From: Amoebophrya sp. A120 | Taxonomy: Eukaryota; Protista; Dinoflagellata | Length of the DNA stretch: 64,000 bases | Assembly: GCA_905178155.1 (NCBI GenBank) | Contig: CAJINV010000004.1 | Coordinates: forward strand, 9,772,625-9,836,624 | Reading direction: 5' to 3' | Shown: positions 1-12,900 of the stretch, piece after piece | Numbering within the stretch: position 1 is the first letter of the stretch | Layout: each line of letters starts with the position of its first letter | Made by a program: the position numbers and the translations under genes | Notes under the pieces: model-generated | What the model was told of the DNA's origin: nothing | Database searches by the model: none | Seen by the model: the letters and a program-made list of their open reading frames with translations, nothing else

Positions 1-593
1 ATTCTGGCTCATTTTGCCCCCCCCCTGTAGTAGCGGGGGAAGGCCATTTTTTGCCCCCCCCCTAAAAAAGGCGGCAGAATTGGGCCAATTCGGCCCCCTT
101 TTTACCCCCCCTCCAGAAGGGGGGGCCCGCGCGCCTTCCGGGCCCCCCTTCCCGGCCCCCCAATTGTGGGGCGGCTGTTGTTGCGGCCGAAGCAGGCCCC
201 ACCTTAGGGGCGCGCGCCCTACTTACTGCTTCGAGGGCCGGCCCCTCCGGTACGGCGGGCAGGCCCATGCGCTTCCGGCAAAAAACATGGCGGCGGCGCA
301 CCGGCCCGACCGGGACGGGCCCGCGGGGAGGCCGCTTGGTGGGGCGGCTTTTCTCGCTCTTGGCGGGCTTCGAGGTCGGGAGGCCGCCCCGGCTCTCTTT
401 GGCAAGCCACACCCCCCGAGCCGCTGCATGGCGCAGCGAGGTCCTCGGGCCGGGTGTACTGTCGGGGCACCCCGCCGCCCCCGAAGCGAAACGAAAGCGG
501 CCCGCCATGCAAGCGGGTGCGCGAAAAAGTATGTACTTCTTCCGATTTTCTGGTCTAATTCAATATGGGGAGGGGGGATTTTTCAGTTTGATA
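1..593. mobile_element. Long family-D introner-like element, 5' end outside window
   Basis: 561-593 (caatatggggaggggggatttttcagtttgata) matches the right TIR of 61885-62195. GC-rich non-coding interior; the kinase exon resumes directly after ATA. Confidence 0.75.
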
Positions 594-1910
594 CACAACC
601 AAAACCTGGCCTTGACCAGCTCGGGGCATTTGGACCCGCGGCAGTTAGTTGTCAAGCTGATTGACTTCGGATTCGCGAGCTTGGTTGTGCCGGGGAAAAA
701 GCTGCGCGTCTTCTGCGGAACGCCCAGCTACATGGCCCCGGAGATCATTCAGAGAAGGGAATATGGCGGGTATGGAATTCATTTTGAACTGTTGTTTTTG
801 TTATCGCTTCTGACTCGGGATGAAAGGCTGATGATACATCATGATGATAGTAGCTACAGGCACAAAAAACTGCGTGTTGATGGTGCAAGTAGAATGATCG
901 AAAAGCAAAATATAATCTCTCCGGTGATAAACTACAGTTACTGCGTGGACATCTGGGCTTTGGGTATTCTGCTGTACGCCATGCTTTTCGGGCAGTTTCC
1001 ATTTCGTGGCCAATCGGACAAGGAACTCTACAAGAAGATCTTGAAGGTACAGAATTTTTTTGTGATGTTGCACGAAAGTAGGCATGCCGCGTTTTCATTT
1101 TCTCACTTTCCGCGAGGAGATGCATTGACAAGTTGGAAACTTCTCGAATCAACCAACAATAAATCAGGGCGCCTTCGTGTTCCCAGAGGGCCTCGAGCAG
1201 GAAGTTAGCAAGAACGCCCGTGCCCTGCTCGCCAAGGTTTTCGTCAACATGGAGGTCCGCCCCACCATTCAGAACGTGTCCATGGATCCCTTCTTCTCGG
1301 AGCACCTGAGTAGTCGTCCGGGCACCGCGAATCACCACCGCCCAAGCTCTTCGCACGCAACGCTGAGCGGACAACGAGACCTGAATTTTCAGCACCATCA
1401 CGAAGCAACAACGAGACCCGCCACCTCATCAGGGACCTCCTCTTCCGCGGGCGCAGGGGGAAACGTAAACATCAACATCCACAAAACCGCTTCGGGCTAC
1501 CCGTTGCGCGAAGAAGCCATTGCAAAGTTGGAAAAACTCGGGTACGCACGCGAAGACATCTTGCGGCAAATGAAGGACGAAAACTATCAAATGCAAATAT
1601 GTCTGGGTCTGCGTCTGGAAGAGTCATGCTGCGTTTGCATGACACAGAAGGTCTGGCATGGAAGCTCTAGCATCACAGGTTGCGAGAAGCTGCTTCCGCA
1701 ATGCCGAATCCGCATGACAAATGCCCCATTTTGGTGACAGAAAGTGGGCAGCTTTTGCTGCCTATGCATGAGAGACTTTTGCGTGTTGTGAAATGCGCAT
1801 CACAAGTTTGCAATCTTCCAGACCCAGACATTTTTGCAATCCATAAAAACTCACACCTCTCAAAACTCTACACCCGGTTTGTCAAAGCACTGAACGCGTG
1901 GGGGAAGTAG
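594..1910 (+). CDS. Ser/Thr protein kinase, CAMK group (AMPK/MARK-like), 3' part with UBA-like segment. Exons ~594-769, 938-1046, 1168-1584, 1851-1910
   Basis: [20 protein letters not shown] and [21 protein letters not shown] motifs. GT-AG introns 770-937 and 1047-1167 and TIR intron 1585-1845 give one frame ending ...[22 protein letters not shown]. Confidence 0.9.
1585..1845. mobile_element. Introner family B (non-canonical intron)
   Basis: TIR tatcaaatgcaaatatgtctgggtctg / cagacccagacatttttgcaatccata; DR aaaac; removal restores kinase frame. Confidence 0.9.
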
Positions 1911-3441
1911 ATATTGTGGTGCTGTGAGGTTTCTATCCATGTACCTACATTTTTCAGATCGTCTATTCGTGCTGCTGTACTATTTTCCTTGTTTTTTATC
2001 CTTAACTTTAGCATAACTCGCATATAGATATACGAAACAATAACAAATCTTAAAACTTTTATCGAAACAATAACTGCAATGCAAATTTTATGTTTTCCTT
2101 AAACTCCAAAATCGTTGTTACTTGAGTGTGTCCCGCGGGAGCTGGGTTGTTGATTCGCTAAATGTTGTTTCTTTACTTTAACATTTTTCTTTACAACTGT
2201 AACTTAAATGTTGGTAAAATTTTCGCTTTCTATGGTGCGCTTTCTATTTGGGTCTAGTTGTCTTTCTCAACCTTGTATCTAATCGCATTGAGCTTGTATT
2301 TGTATTCGGAAACTACAAATTTCACTAGGGTGCTCTCGCTTTCTTTGCCGGACTTTTATGACTACACAGCAACAGTAAGAACTTTATCAATTTCGAATGT
2401 TAGCAGAACCAGAACCGTATACTACGTATTCGACGTACGTATTCAACTCAGATTTTTAGCAGATCGATTTCAACTTTATTGTTTGGACTTTAACAACTTT
2501 TGCATTTTCAATTTTATCATTCACTTTTGCCTGTAACCGTTTCGAACTAACTTGTATGATGTAAACTTTTCGCAAATTATGAACTAGGTTTGAAAAGCAC
2601 GTAATCGCGTTTCGTTCTTGTTTCAACAACTGTACCATATTTCTGGTTTCGAATTTGTCTGTCTACATGTACACCTCAACAGTTCTACTAGATTCTCTCA
2701 ACTACAAATAGGGTAAAATTTCGTTTTTCGCACGACCACGAGAATACAGCCGGACTGCATCAAGTAGGACATGGCTCGCTTGCTCAACAACGACAACGAG
2801 GAGGCGCGTTGAGAGGACGTTGAATCTGCAGCTGTAATACAACTCGCATTCTAGTTATCAACCGCTCAGAGGCTGGCTGTCCGCCAACTCTGTTCGGCAT
2901 ATCTAGCGACCCTGAAAAATAAATTTCTTGCCTGGTGGACGAGGTTACTGGACGGCGCTCCGTTCTGCAGTTCTCCGTGGCGCCGTGTCCGGAGACAATC
3001 CCACATCTCGAGAGAAAAGAACAGTGTTGAAGTCATGTGATGCGGAAGTCAGATTCAAGAAGGCCGCACACGATCGTTTTCGTGTGGGGAAGTGGTGAGA
3101 CGTGAGAAGGAGGAGGAGCACTTAGCCACGACAATTATTCTTATTTTTCATCAAGCGAGTCGTTGGCTTCAGAGACAGAGAAGTCAGTGCCGCTGAGCCG
3201 CGCGGTCGTGCCATGGTACTCCCGCCCAGGAACTAGATGCAACGGACGCGGTGGCGAGAGAAACGCTGTCAAAGGTAGTGATTTGAGTGAGTCTTTGCTG
3301 ATAGGATTTGTATCGTGAAGATCGAGTTCGAGTTCGTTGCGTTTCTTGATATCATCCAAATGAATTGATAAGTCGGCGACCACTAGAACAACAAGGAATC
3401 CGGCAGAACGAAGAGGAAGTGAGATTTCTTAGAACAGCAGG

Positions 3442-6176
3442 ATGTCACGAAAACAACCTGGAAAAATGTCCATTCTCCAACGGAAAAGGCGGGGCAAAAA
3501 CACCCCAATCTTTATTTCCCGACGAGCAATACTAGTACAACAGCTGCTGCTCACCTCCTTCCTTCACCTGCATTCGTCACCCCGCTGTATGACAACAGCG
3601 GAGCGCGTTGAAGACCACCGTCATCAGCAACTACACGGTGGACAATTGCACCAAACCACCCTCGAAATCGTGGCCGACGCCGGTGTAAAAACCTCGACGA
3701 CGAGCGTTGGATTGGATAAGGATTTCAGGAGCCAGCAGGAAGTGCTAGAAGCATCCTCTTCACGACCAAGAACACCCGGACCGCACGGAAAGAGCAGTGC
3801 TGCAGTACCTTCTTCCAGAATGTCGCACACGAGGACGACGAAGAAAACCATGAGCAAAAAGCAGGCCGCGGTCGTACCACGGGGAACAAGTGCCGCCGCT
3901 ACGCCAGGACATGAGGAAGAACACGAGGAGGGAACTACATCGCATCATCAAAACGTCGGAGGACGGCAGCAGGCCAGCGACGACGGGCGGCACAGTAAGA
4001 AGAACGAAGTTGGTGATGTTGAACAACCACAACAAGTCGAACCAGCACTGCATCGCCATCAGCTGGCCGGCGCGGCGGGGACCCGTCGTCAGCACGAGCA
4101 AGAACACGCTTATCAAATGTAAAAGTGTCTGGGTCTGGAAGAATGCGACTTGTCATGCTAAATCTGAAGCATGCAAAAATCTGTGTTGCATGATTACCAA
4201 AAGTCGTCCAGTTTTGACCAAGTCGGGGGGGAGTTTCTCATGCAGGATAGGCATGAGAGAGATCGCAGTCGCACAGAATCTGTCATGCGAGGTCCTGCAT
4301 TCCAGACCTCATGAGTCATGGAAAAGCTGCATGACAGAGCGCGCATTCTTCCAGACCCAGACATTTTTGCATTTGATAATGCTGTCCAAAGTGCGACGTC
4401 GACCATGCGGCGAGAGAACAAACCCAATAGCGAAAGCAAAACTCCTGCTGATGAAGAATTACTAGAAATTTCCACCCGCCCGGTACATCATCTTCAGAGT
4501 CGTGACAAAGATGATGAAGTGCAGGCTCTCCACCAAGCCGAGGTCCCCCGCCTGCAGAAGAACAGCACGGCTGCGAAGGAGAATTCCACCGGTCTTGAAG
4601 GTGTACAAGATGATGCGCTGCACGCCCACTCCAGCCGTTCGGCGAAGCGGGCACCACAGTTGATGACAAGCGAGCGGAACCGCGTGACGTTGGTCCAGCG
4701 GGCGGAGCAGGCCCTCAGCGACGAGAGCAAAGCCAAGCAACGTGCGTCTGCAGACGAGGTTGACATCACGCCAACTGACGTGGGCAGCGCCACGGCATCG
4801 AGCGACTTTGGAAATCCCGCCAACGACAACTGGTACAACCCTAGCAGAGTTATTGATGACGCATTGGACAATGTTTTTGCCACGGCCAACGACAACGCCG
4901 GAACCGCGCAGGTGTGTGCGTTATCATGTGCAAAAGTATCGTACTCGCACTAATTGCAAATATGCATGACACATCTTCTTCCAAAGGTGAAAGAGCATTA
5001 CAGACCGCACTTGTCATGCTGAGAAAAGTTGTATAATGCAATTCGTACTAGTACGATACTTTTGCACTGCATATCCGTGGGTGCAGATCGATTTGGGTAA
5101 GGAAATGGCCGTGTCGGAGGTCAAATACACATTCAAAAAAGTCACTAGCCATACCCGCAGAATTTTTTTCGAGACGGTGTGGGGGGGAGATGCTGATATC
5201 CAGTACGAAGGTGGTAAGGACACGGCAACCGACAGCAACGGTGCGGAGGTCGGTGGTGCAGACAAAGGGTTCCGGATAGCGGTTTCGTCCAGAAAACGCG
5301 TGAACACCGACACCTGCGAGGCATGACGATGCACAACTCCCCCTCCCCCTCAGTTGCCACGCAAATTACCAAATGCACCCTTTTACTTTTTGTCTTTGGC
5401 ACTTCTCGCATGTCAGGTTTCGGAAGCCGAAACAGCACCAGAATCGGTCGCGAATTTGTCATGCAAAAGCTGCATTTATGCCAGCACTTGTGTAGTTGCT
5501 GCTTAGTGACGCCCTTCAAATGAGCGGGGGGAGTTGTGCACTCTGATACGAGGTCCAAAACACCAGCGACTGGGACGACGGGTGGTGCAAGGGTAAGGCC
5601 GTCGGAGAGGAGTGTCCGACCACGGCTGAGGAGACCTGCGAGCTCGTCCTGTACGGCGCCGGAGGAGAGGGGCTCGCCCGCTTCACCCAGGAGACCGACC
5701 ACACCGATTTTGCCACGGCTACCATCAATTGTAACGGCAAGGTCGGTATGAATTGCAAAAGTATCGTACTCGTATAAATGCATTACAAATTTCCTCAGCA
5801 TGAGAAATAAAATTTGTAATGCGGATTTAGCTTCAGAAAAAAATTTGTAATGCATGATTGCAATACGAGTACGATACTTTTGCACAGGATAGTCGGCCAG
5901 TACGTGATCCTCGAGTGGCCCGGGGGGACTGGTGGTGATTCGTCGAAGACACGAATGGGGTTCGTCAGCGAACTGAGGGTATTCGGCGCCGAGTACACCG
6001 AACCGCCAACGACCGAATCGCCCGAGAAGGAAGGCGACGCCGCGTCCAAAACTGGCGCGGCTGACGAGAGCGCCACAACGACCAGGATCACCAGGCCCTC
6101 ATTGATTTTTCTTGCGGCAACAACGATGGTGATGTTGCTGGCTACCAACTTTTGCGCTGTGTGGTTTGGTTTGTGA
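3442..6176 (+). CDS. Secreted/surface protein with F5/8 type C (discoidin/fucolectin-like) domain and hydrophobic C-terminus (GPI-signal-like), copy 1; 5 exons
   Basis: N-terminal hydrophobic stretch, His/Gln-rich spacer, WVQIDLG...GQYVILE...ELRVFG, Ser/Thr stalk and hydrophobic tail. Frame is continuous after removing 4 TIR introns; start codon uncertain. Confidence 0.75.
4111..4378. mobile_element. Introner family B
   Basis: B TIRs; DR acgct/atgct; absent from paralogue at ~7570. Confidence 0.92.
4922..5073. mobile_element. Introner family A
   Basis: TIR tatcatgtgcaaaagtatcgtact / agtacgatacttttgcactgcata; DR tgcgt/tccgt; same site as 11825-11981. Confidence 0.9.
5322..5548. mobile_element. 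Introner family C
   Basis: TIR ...tgcacaactccccctccccctca / tgagcggggggagttgtgcactctgata; DR cgagg; same site as 12233-28114. Confidence 0.9.
5747..5891. mobile_element. Introner family A
   Basis: A TIRs; DR gtcgg; absent from paralogue at ~28310. Confidence 0.92.
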
Positions 6177-6933
6177 TCGTCGTTTTTCGCACGACCACGT
6201 CGAGAATACTTACAGCCGGACTGCATCAAGTAGGACGTCGTAACTCTTCGCTCGCTCAACGAGGAAGTGCGTTGACGGGACGTTGAATCTGCAGCTGTAA
6301 CACAACTCGCATTCTAGTTATCCACCGTTCGGAGGCTGGTTAATTTTCCTCCTCTGTTCGGCATATCTAGCGACCCTGAAAAATAAATTATTTGCCTGGA
6401 GGACGAGGTCGTTACTGCGCGTTGCTGCTGGAGTTGTCCGTCGAGTAGCGTCCGGAAACAAGGCCGCACCTCGAGAAAAAACAGTGTTGAAGAAGTCATG
6501 TGACGTGGAACTCAGATTCAAGAAGGTGAAGGCGGAACAAGATCGTTTTCGCGGAGAGAAGATGTGAAAAGCGAGGAGGAGCACGTAGCCGCGCCACTTA
6601 TTTGTCAAAACGAGACGTTCGTTTCATATGATTGCTGCTGAGCCGCCCGGTCGCGCCATGGTAATTGTTTCTCTTCCGTCCATGAATTAGCTGTCAGGGG
6701 GACGTTGGCGAGAGGAGAGCTGTTAAAGGTTGGAGTGACAGTGACAGTGAGGCTTTGCCAATATTAGATTTGTTATCGGGATCGAGTTGCGACGTGCTGA
6801 TTTCGTCCAAGTACTTAAATGTAATAATGAATCGGGGACCAACATCAGCATGGCAAGAAATATCGTGGTAGAACGAAGAGGAATTGTGATTCCGTAGAAC
6901 AGGATCAGGATCTCATGAAAACTACCTAGAAAA

Positions 6934-9900
6934 ATGTTCATGTTTCGACAACAACGAAAGATGCGGGGGAACAACACCGTGAACAATTTTTCCGGCCTGG
7001 CAGTGGTAACGCAGCTGCTGCTCTGTTTCTTACTTCACCTGCGTTCTCCTCTCGAAGGGCTGGCGGCAGCGGTGGAGCGTGTTGAAGACCACCGTCATCA
7101 GCAACTACACGGTGGACAATTGCATCAAACCACCCTCGAAATCGTGGCTGACGCCGGTGTTAAAACCTCGACGACGAGCGCTGGACTGGATAAGGATTTC
7201 AGCCAGCCGGAAGTACTAGAACCATCCTCTTCACGACCAACACCCGGTCCTCTGCACGGAAAGAGCAGTGCTGCAGTACCTTCTCACAGAACGTCGCACA
7301 CGAAGATGACGACGAGGAAAACCATGAGCAAAAAGCAGGCCGCGGTCGTACCACGGGTCGATGCGGCCGCTACGCCAGGACATGATCATGAAGAAGAACA
7401 ACACAAGGGAGCATCGCAACATCAAAACGTCGGAGGACGGCAGCAGGCCAGCGACGACGGGCGGCTGCACAACAACCACGAAGTCGGTGACGCTGGAATG
7501 AAACTTATCGAGCCACTAGCACATCACGTCGCTGCGGGGGCCCGTGGGCATCAGCACGAAAAACAACACGCTGCCCAAAGTGCGCCGACGACCATGCGGC
7601 GAGAGAAAACCAAAAGCGAAAGCAAAACTCCTGCGGATGAAGAATTACTAGAAATTTCCACCCGCCCAGTACATGAGAGTCGTGACAAAGATGATGAAGT
7701 GCAGGCTCTCGTCCACCAAGCCGAGGTCCCCCGCCTGCAGAAGAACAGCACGGCTGCGAAGGAGAATTCCACCGGTCTTGAAGGTGTACAAGATGCGCTG
7801 CACGCCCACGGCAGCCGTACGGCGAAGCGGGCACCACAGTTGATGACGACCGAGAGGGACCGCGTGACGTTGGTCCAGCGGGCGGAGCAGGTCCGACTTA
7901 GCTGCCCAGAATTAAAGCGCCATTTAAAAATTCCCGACTTAGCTGCTAGAGAATTGCTTCTGATAGGACAGTTAAATCAAGCGGTGATCAAGTCAAATGA
8001 TCGACCAGTCGCGACAAAGATGATGAAACATCAAATGCAGGCTCTCCACCAAGCTGAGGCCCCCCTCCTGCAGAAGAACAGCACCGCTGCGAAGGAGAAA
8101 CCCGCCGCCGGTCTTACCAAGTGCAAAAATGTCTGGGTCCGATGAAAGAATGCAGTTTGTGATGCTGGGTTTGGATTCCAAAAAAATCTGTAATTGCATA
8201 AATTAATAGCAAAGGGAATGCAATTTTTGCTACGCCAACGCTGAGAAGGCATTTGCCATGCGGAATTGACATCAAGAAGCCCTGAAAAAATCTGTATTGC
8301 TAGGGTATGCATCACAGACGTCATGGCTCATGCAAAACGTGCATGACAGGTGTGAGAACCTTCCAGAGGACCCAGACACTTTTACAGTTGATAGCTCTTC
8401 TTGAAGGTGTACAAGATGCGCGGCTGCACGCTCCCCACTCCAGTCGTACGGCCAAGCGGGCACCAAATTTGATGGCGAGCGAGTATCCCCTGTGAACATG
8501 TCTGGGTTCGGAAAAGCGCACAGCCACAGCTTTTCATGCAAGTGTTGCTTGACCGAGAAAAGCTGGAACGCAGTGCCTCGCAGGAGCCATCGCAGGTTCA
8601 TCTACTGTGAGAGCTTTGCTGCAATGCACACTCGGCATGAGGAGCAGTAGAAATGCTCCTGGTCTCGTCTCAGGGAGGCGCAAAAAAGGCCGAGAAGGCC
8701 AGGAGCTGTCGTTCTAGCGCCTAGAGGTGGGCCGCCGGCGGCTCCTGCAGCCTGCGACCCAGGTTCTCCTTTCGCCGAGGATCAAAGCCACCCAGCAAAC
8801 CGCCGTCGCCATCAAAGCAGGCGATGGGCCTCCTTTTGGAGAGGTAAACGGGCCACGCCATGCAGTCTGGATATGATGTGCACGGTTTTTCTTGGGGTCA
8901 AGAAAATCCGCAGAAAAAAAGGCAAACTTATCTGAATTCTGAGTGTGAAATCGCGCACCACCGAAAAACCGTGCGCATTGCATCCAGGCAGCGTGGTATG
9001 ATGGATGTACACGGTCTGCGAAGTGGTCGGGCCCGGGGACAAGAATTCTGAACCATGTCCATCGACCATACCGCGCGGTCTAGATGCGATGCGCACGGTT
9101 TTTTTGGTCCTGTTTTGAATTTTGTCGCAAGTTTGCCACTTTTGAAACCGTGTACATGGACCATAGCATTGTGGCTAGGTTCCATGTGCACGGTGTTTGG
9201 TCAATCTGAAAAATTTGGCCTTGGAGGTATGCAAAAGGAAGCTTGCGCTTTTCCGGACATCCGAAATGTGGAAACTTTCCCAGATCTTGGGACACAACAC
9301 AGCCAGACGAACCTGCCGAGAAATCTGAAGCAGTTCGGCGCCCGCCCAACCAAAATTCCGTAGCCCCCATCAATGTTACCGACTCAAAACACAGCCGTCC
9401 GGCTGAGGGTGAAGCGTCCATGGCAGTGGGCCACCGTCAGGCATTGGAGGGGGAGCTGCTTTGCGCTGATGCAAGGGGCCCCATCTGGAGCCGGGCTTGC
9501 AGGTTTGCCTCGTGGATATCATCCACCAAAATGCATGGGGCTTGGGCGGCGACCCTGAAAGCACACGCCCATAGCTAAGTCAGACCATGGCAGAGCGGCA
9601 GTCTCTACAACGCCGGGGAGACGGCTTCACGTGGTGCCATGAGAATTTGCAAGGGGGGCGCCAAAAAATTTTTTTTGGGCAAAAATGTAAACCGTGTACG
9701 TGCTCACTGACTTTTTCTTTCGATAGAGCTTGGCTGCAATGCACGCTGGCTCCGCATGAGGAGCAGTAGAAATCCTCTCTCAGCGAGAACAAGCGTGCAT
9801 TTTTTAGGTTTTGCTGCTCATGCAGGACAGTTTTATTTTCTTTTTGTGTGACTGACAGGGAGCAGCGCCACAGGCTTGCACCTTTCCAGGCCCAATTAAT

Positions 9901-12900
9901 ATTTGCAATTCATAGCGAGCGGAACCGCCTGACGTTGGTCCAGCGGGCGGGCCAGGCCCTCAACGAGAACGGCGAGAGCAAAGCCAAGCATAAGCAAGGT
10001 GCGTCTGCAGACGAGGCGGACATCACGCCCACGGACGCGGGCAGCGCCACGGCATCGAGCTACTTTGGGAATCCCGACGGTATGGTGGGGGCGAGGGGCA
10101 TGTATGAGATTTCCGATGTATTGGCGAAAGTACATCGGAAAAAATAGATCGCGCGTCGGACATCTGAGGAGACCGCGACGGCTCCGGTGTACGGTGTGCA
10201 ACGTATGAGGCACGACGCGCAACGTATTGCGCATTGCAGTCGTACGCTGTACGTGGTCCAGTGTATGGCGTGCAATGTATGACACATTGCACATCGATGC
10301 GTCGTATGTTGCACATTGGTCCAGTGTAATGCATGACACACCAATGCGCGACGTGTCATACATTGCGCAACGTCTGACGTACATTGTGTGATACATTGCG
10401 CATTGATGTATCACACATTGTACATTGATCCGACGTCTGATGTGCAATGTGTGACACGTTGCACACTGACGCATCATACATTGTTGGTTGTACATGGATG
10501 CGCTGTACGCCGTACATTGTGCATTGATGTGTCACACATTGTGCATTGTCTGGCTGGTCACCGGAACCCCAGCGGGGAAAGGTCAATAATCCAACCTGTA
10601 GCAGAAACAGACATGGCCGCAGTAAGCGATAGGGCCTGTCTCCCTTGGTGTGAAAAAGTCGGGAGCTGTACCACGCACCAGCGCCAACGACGCGCCCAAA
10701 AGCGACAGCGTCGCCAAAACCCTGCAGCGAGTCAGCGGGGCCCCAGTGGGAAAAATCGCCGAGGGCGCAAGCCGCGCAACCACCTCGATAGCGACAGAGC
10801 CGCCTTAGGTGCCTCCGCGCCAAGCTTTGCGCGATTACTTAAGCAGCGCCGGCGGGTGAAGCAGCTCGCGTGACCGGGTCCGACGTTGGCCCATGACGCC
10901 TGCCCGCGGCAGCCGTCTCTTTGTCTGCCGGACCGGAGTCGATGCAGGCCCTGCGGGCCCAGCGTCCGTCGTAGTTGCTGCTCACATCCATTGCCGCGCC
11001 TGCTTTATTTTTTTCGAGGGAGCGCACCAAGCAGACGCCCGGGCGGGCCGTAGGGAGGCGAGGCCCACCCGTGGACCAAGCATCGGGTAGCAGTGGCCAC
11101 GCCCGTCAGCAGACTGACGCACCCCGCGGGCGTGTTGTGGTCGGGCCGGCCTATTGTTAGCGAACCGATCGAACGAAGCCGCGGGCCCCATGTTGAGAAT
11201 AGCCCCGCGCATGCCTCGGGACCGGGGCACAGACACAGCGCAGCCGCGCAGAACTTGGCGGCAGGCTTGGTCCCTCACCCGGGTTCCCATTGCAGGGAGA
11301 CCGCGGACGGGCCGCGGGGCGTCCCCCGGTACAGCACTCCGCCCCACGGCCTTGGGGGTGCGCTCGCCCGCAGTACCCCGGGGACAAACACAAGTCCGAC
11401 CGGCCACGGCGCGCACGCTCTGCAGGCGTAGAGCAGCGCCGGAACGCCGAACACGCGGCAGCCCTTGATTGTGGCCGAGGAGCAGGGGCGCGCCGTGTCA
11501 GCCTGGTCGCGGCCGCTTCGCGGGGCCACACATCGACCACACGGGCAGGAACCGCGCCCCACAGCAGTCGGTGGAGAGCTGCGCAGAAGCGCGCGTCTGA
11601 GGTTGCCGGGGGTGCAGAAGCTTCCTCAGATGTCCGACGTTCGCCGTATTTCTTTCGATGTATTTTCGCCAATACGTCGGAAACCCCACGCATGCCTCTC
11701 GCCCCCACCATATTGCGCGGAGGGTCTTGGGACAGCCCTGGAAAGTTTATTGATAACACACTGAGCGACAATTTTGGCACGGCCAGCGATGTGAACAACC
11801 GCGGAACCGCGCAGGTGTGTCCGTTATCATGTGCAAAAGTATCGGGCTCGCTCTCGCACTAGTTGCAAACGTGCGTGACAAATCTTGTTCCAAAGGTAAA
11901 ACAGCAATACAGACTGCGCTTGTCATGCTGAGAAAATTTGTAAATGCAAATCGTACTAGTGCGATGCTTTTGCACTGCATATCTGTGGGTGCAGATCGAT
12001 TTGGGTAAGGCAATGGCCGTGTCGGAGGTCCGATACACATTCAAAACAAGCCACATTAATACAATCCGCAGAAATTTTTTCGAGACGGTGTTCTGGCGTA
12101 GTGCTGCTATCCAGTACGAAGGTGGTAAGGACACGGCAATCGGCTCCGACGGTGCGGAGATCGGTGGTGCGGACAAAGGGTTCCGGGTAGCGGTTTCGTC
12201 CAGAGAACGCGTGAACGCCGACACCTGTGAGGTATGGCGATGGGTGCACAACTCCCCCTCCCCCTCAGTTGCCACGCAAATTACCAAATGCAGCCTTTTT
12301 GTCTTTGGCACTTCTCGCGTGTCAGGTTTCGGAAGCCGAAACAGCACCAGAATCGACCGCAAATATGTCATTGTTAATTCCACAACGGGAATTCGGTTTC
12401 GTATCGTGTGTTGACTGTGCTCGTAGAACAACAAAGTAGTTATATCGTTAGATAGGGTCGTAGCTACGTGAAAAGGGTCTAGCTAATCTCATGATGACGT
12501 AAATCAACCGAGGATTCTTCTGAACTAATTCTGCCTGTGCTTGGCCCAAGCCCTGTGCTTGTTGCCTTATCTGCTAGTACAGTGAGCCTTTTTGTTTGAG
12601 AGTGCGGCGCACTCTGTCGCTGGTGATGTTCCTGGTGTTCTCATGCGATGCACGATCCACAGATACGGAACCATGTCGGTTTTCTGTTTCAGTGGTAGCG
12701 GAGAAAGAGGTTATGCTTCGCATCTGAATCACCAGTGATGGGAAATCGCTAGCGACTAGCAAGGGGTAAGCTAGCTAATCAGTATTGTGTCAAAGGTTTA
12801 TGCTTCCGCGGGACTACGACATCACGATCGACATGCTGCCGCAATTCCAGTACACGGCGCGGCGAAAAAGACACGTAGCGCCAAGCTCATCCAGACGCGT

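Noticed and set aside
14-664. Long overlapping ORFs in GC-rich element interiors (also 8700-9800, 10300-11800, 45300-46600) as transposases
   Set aside because: Arg/Pro/Gly-rich, open in many frames because of GC content, and with no DDE, HUH or tyrosine-recombinase motif I can recognise.
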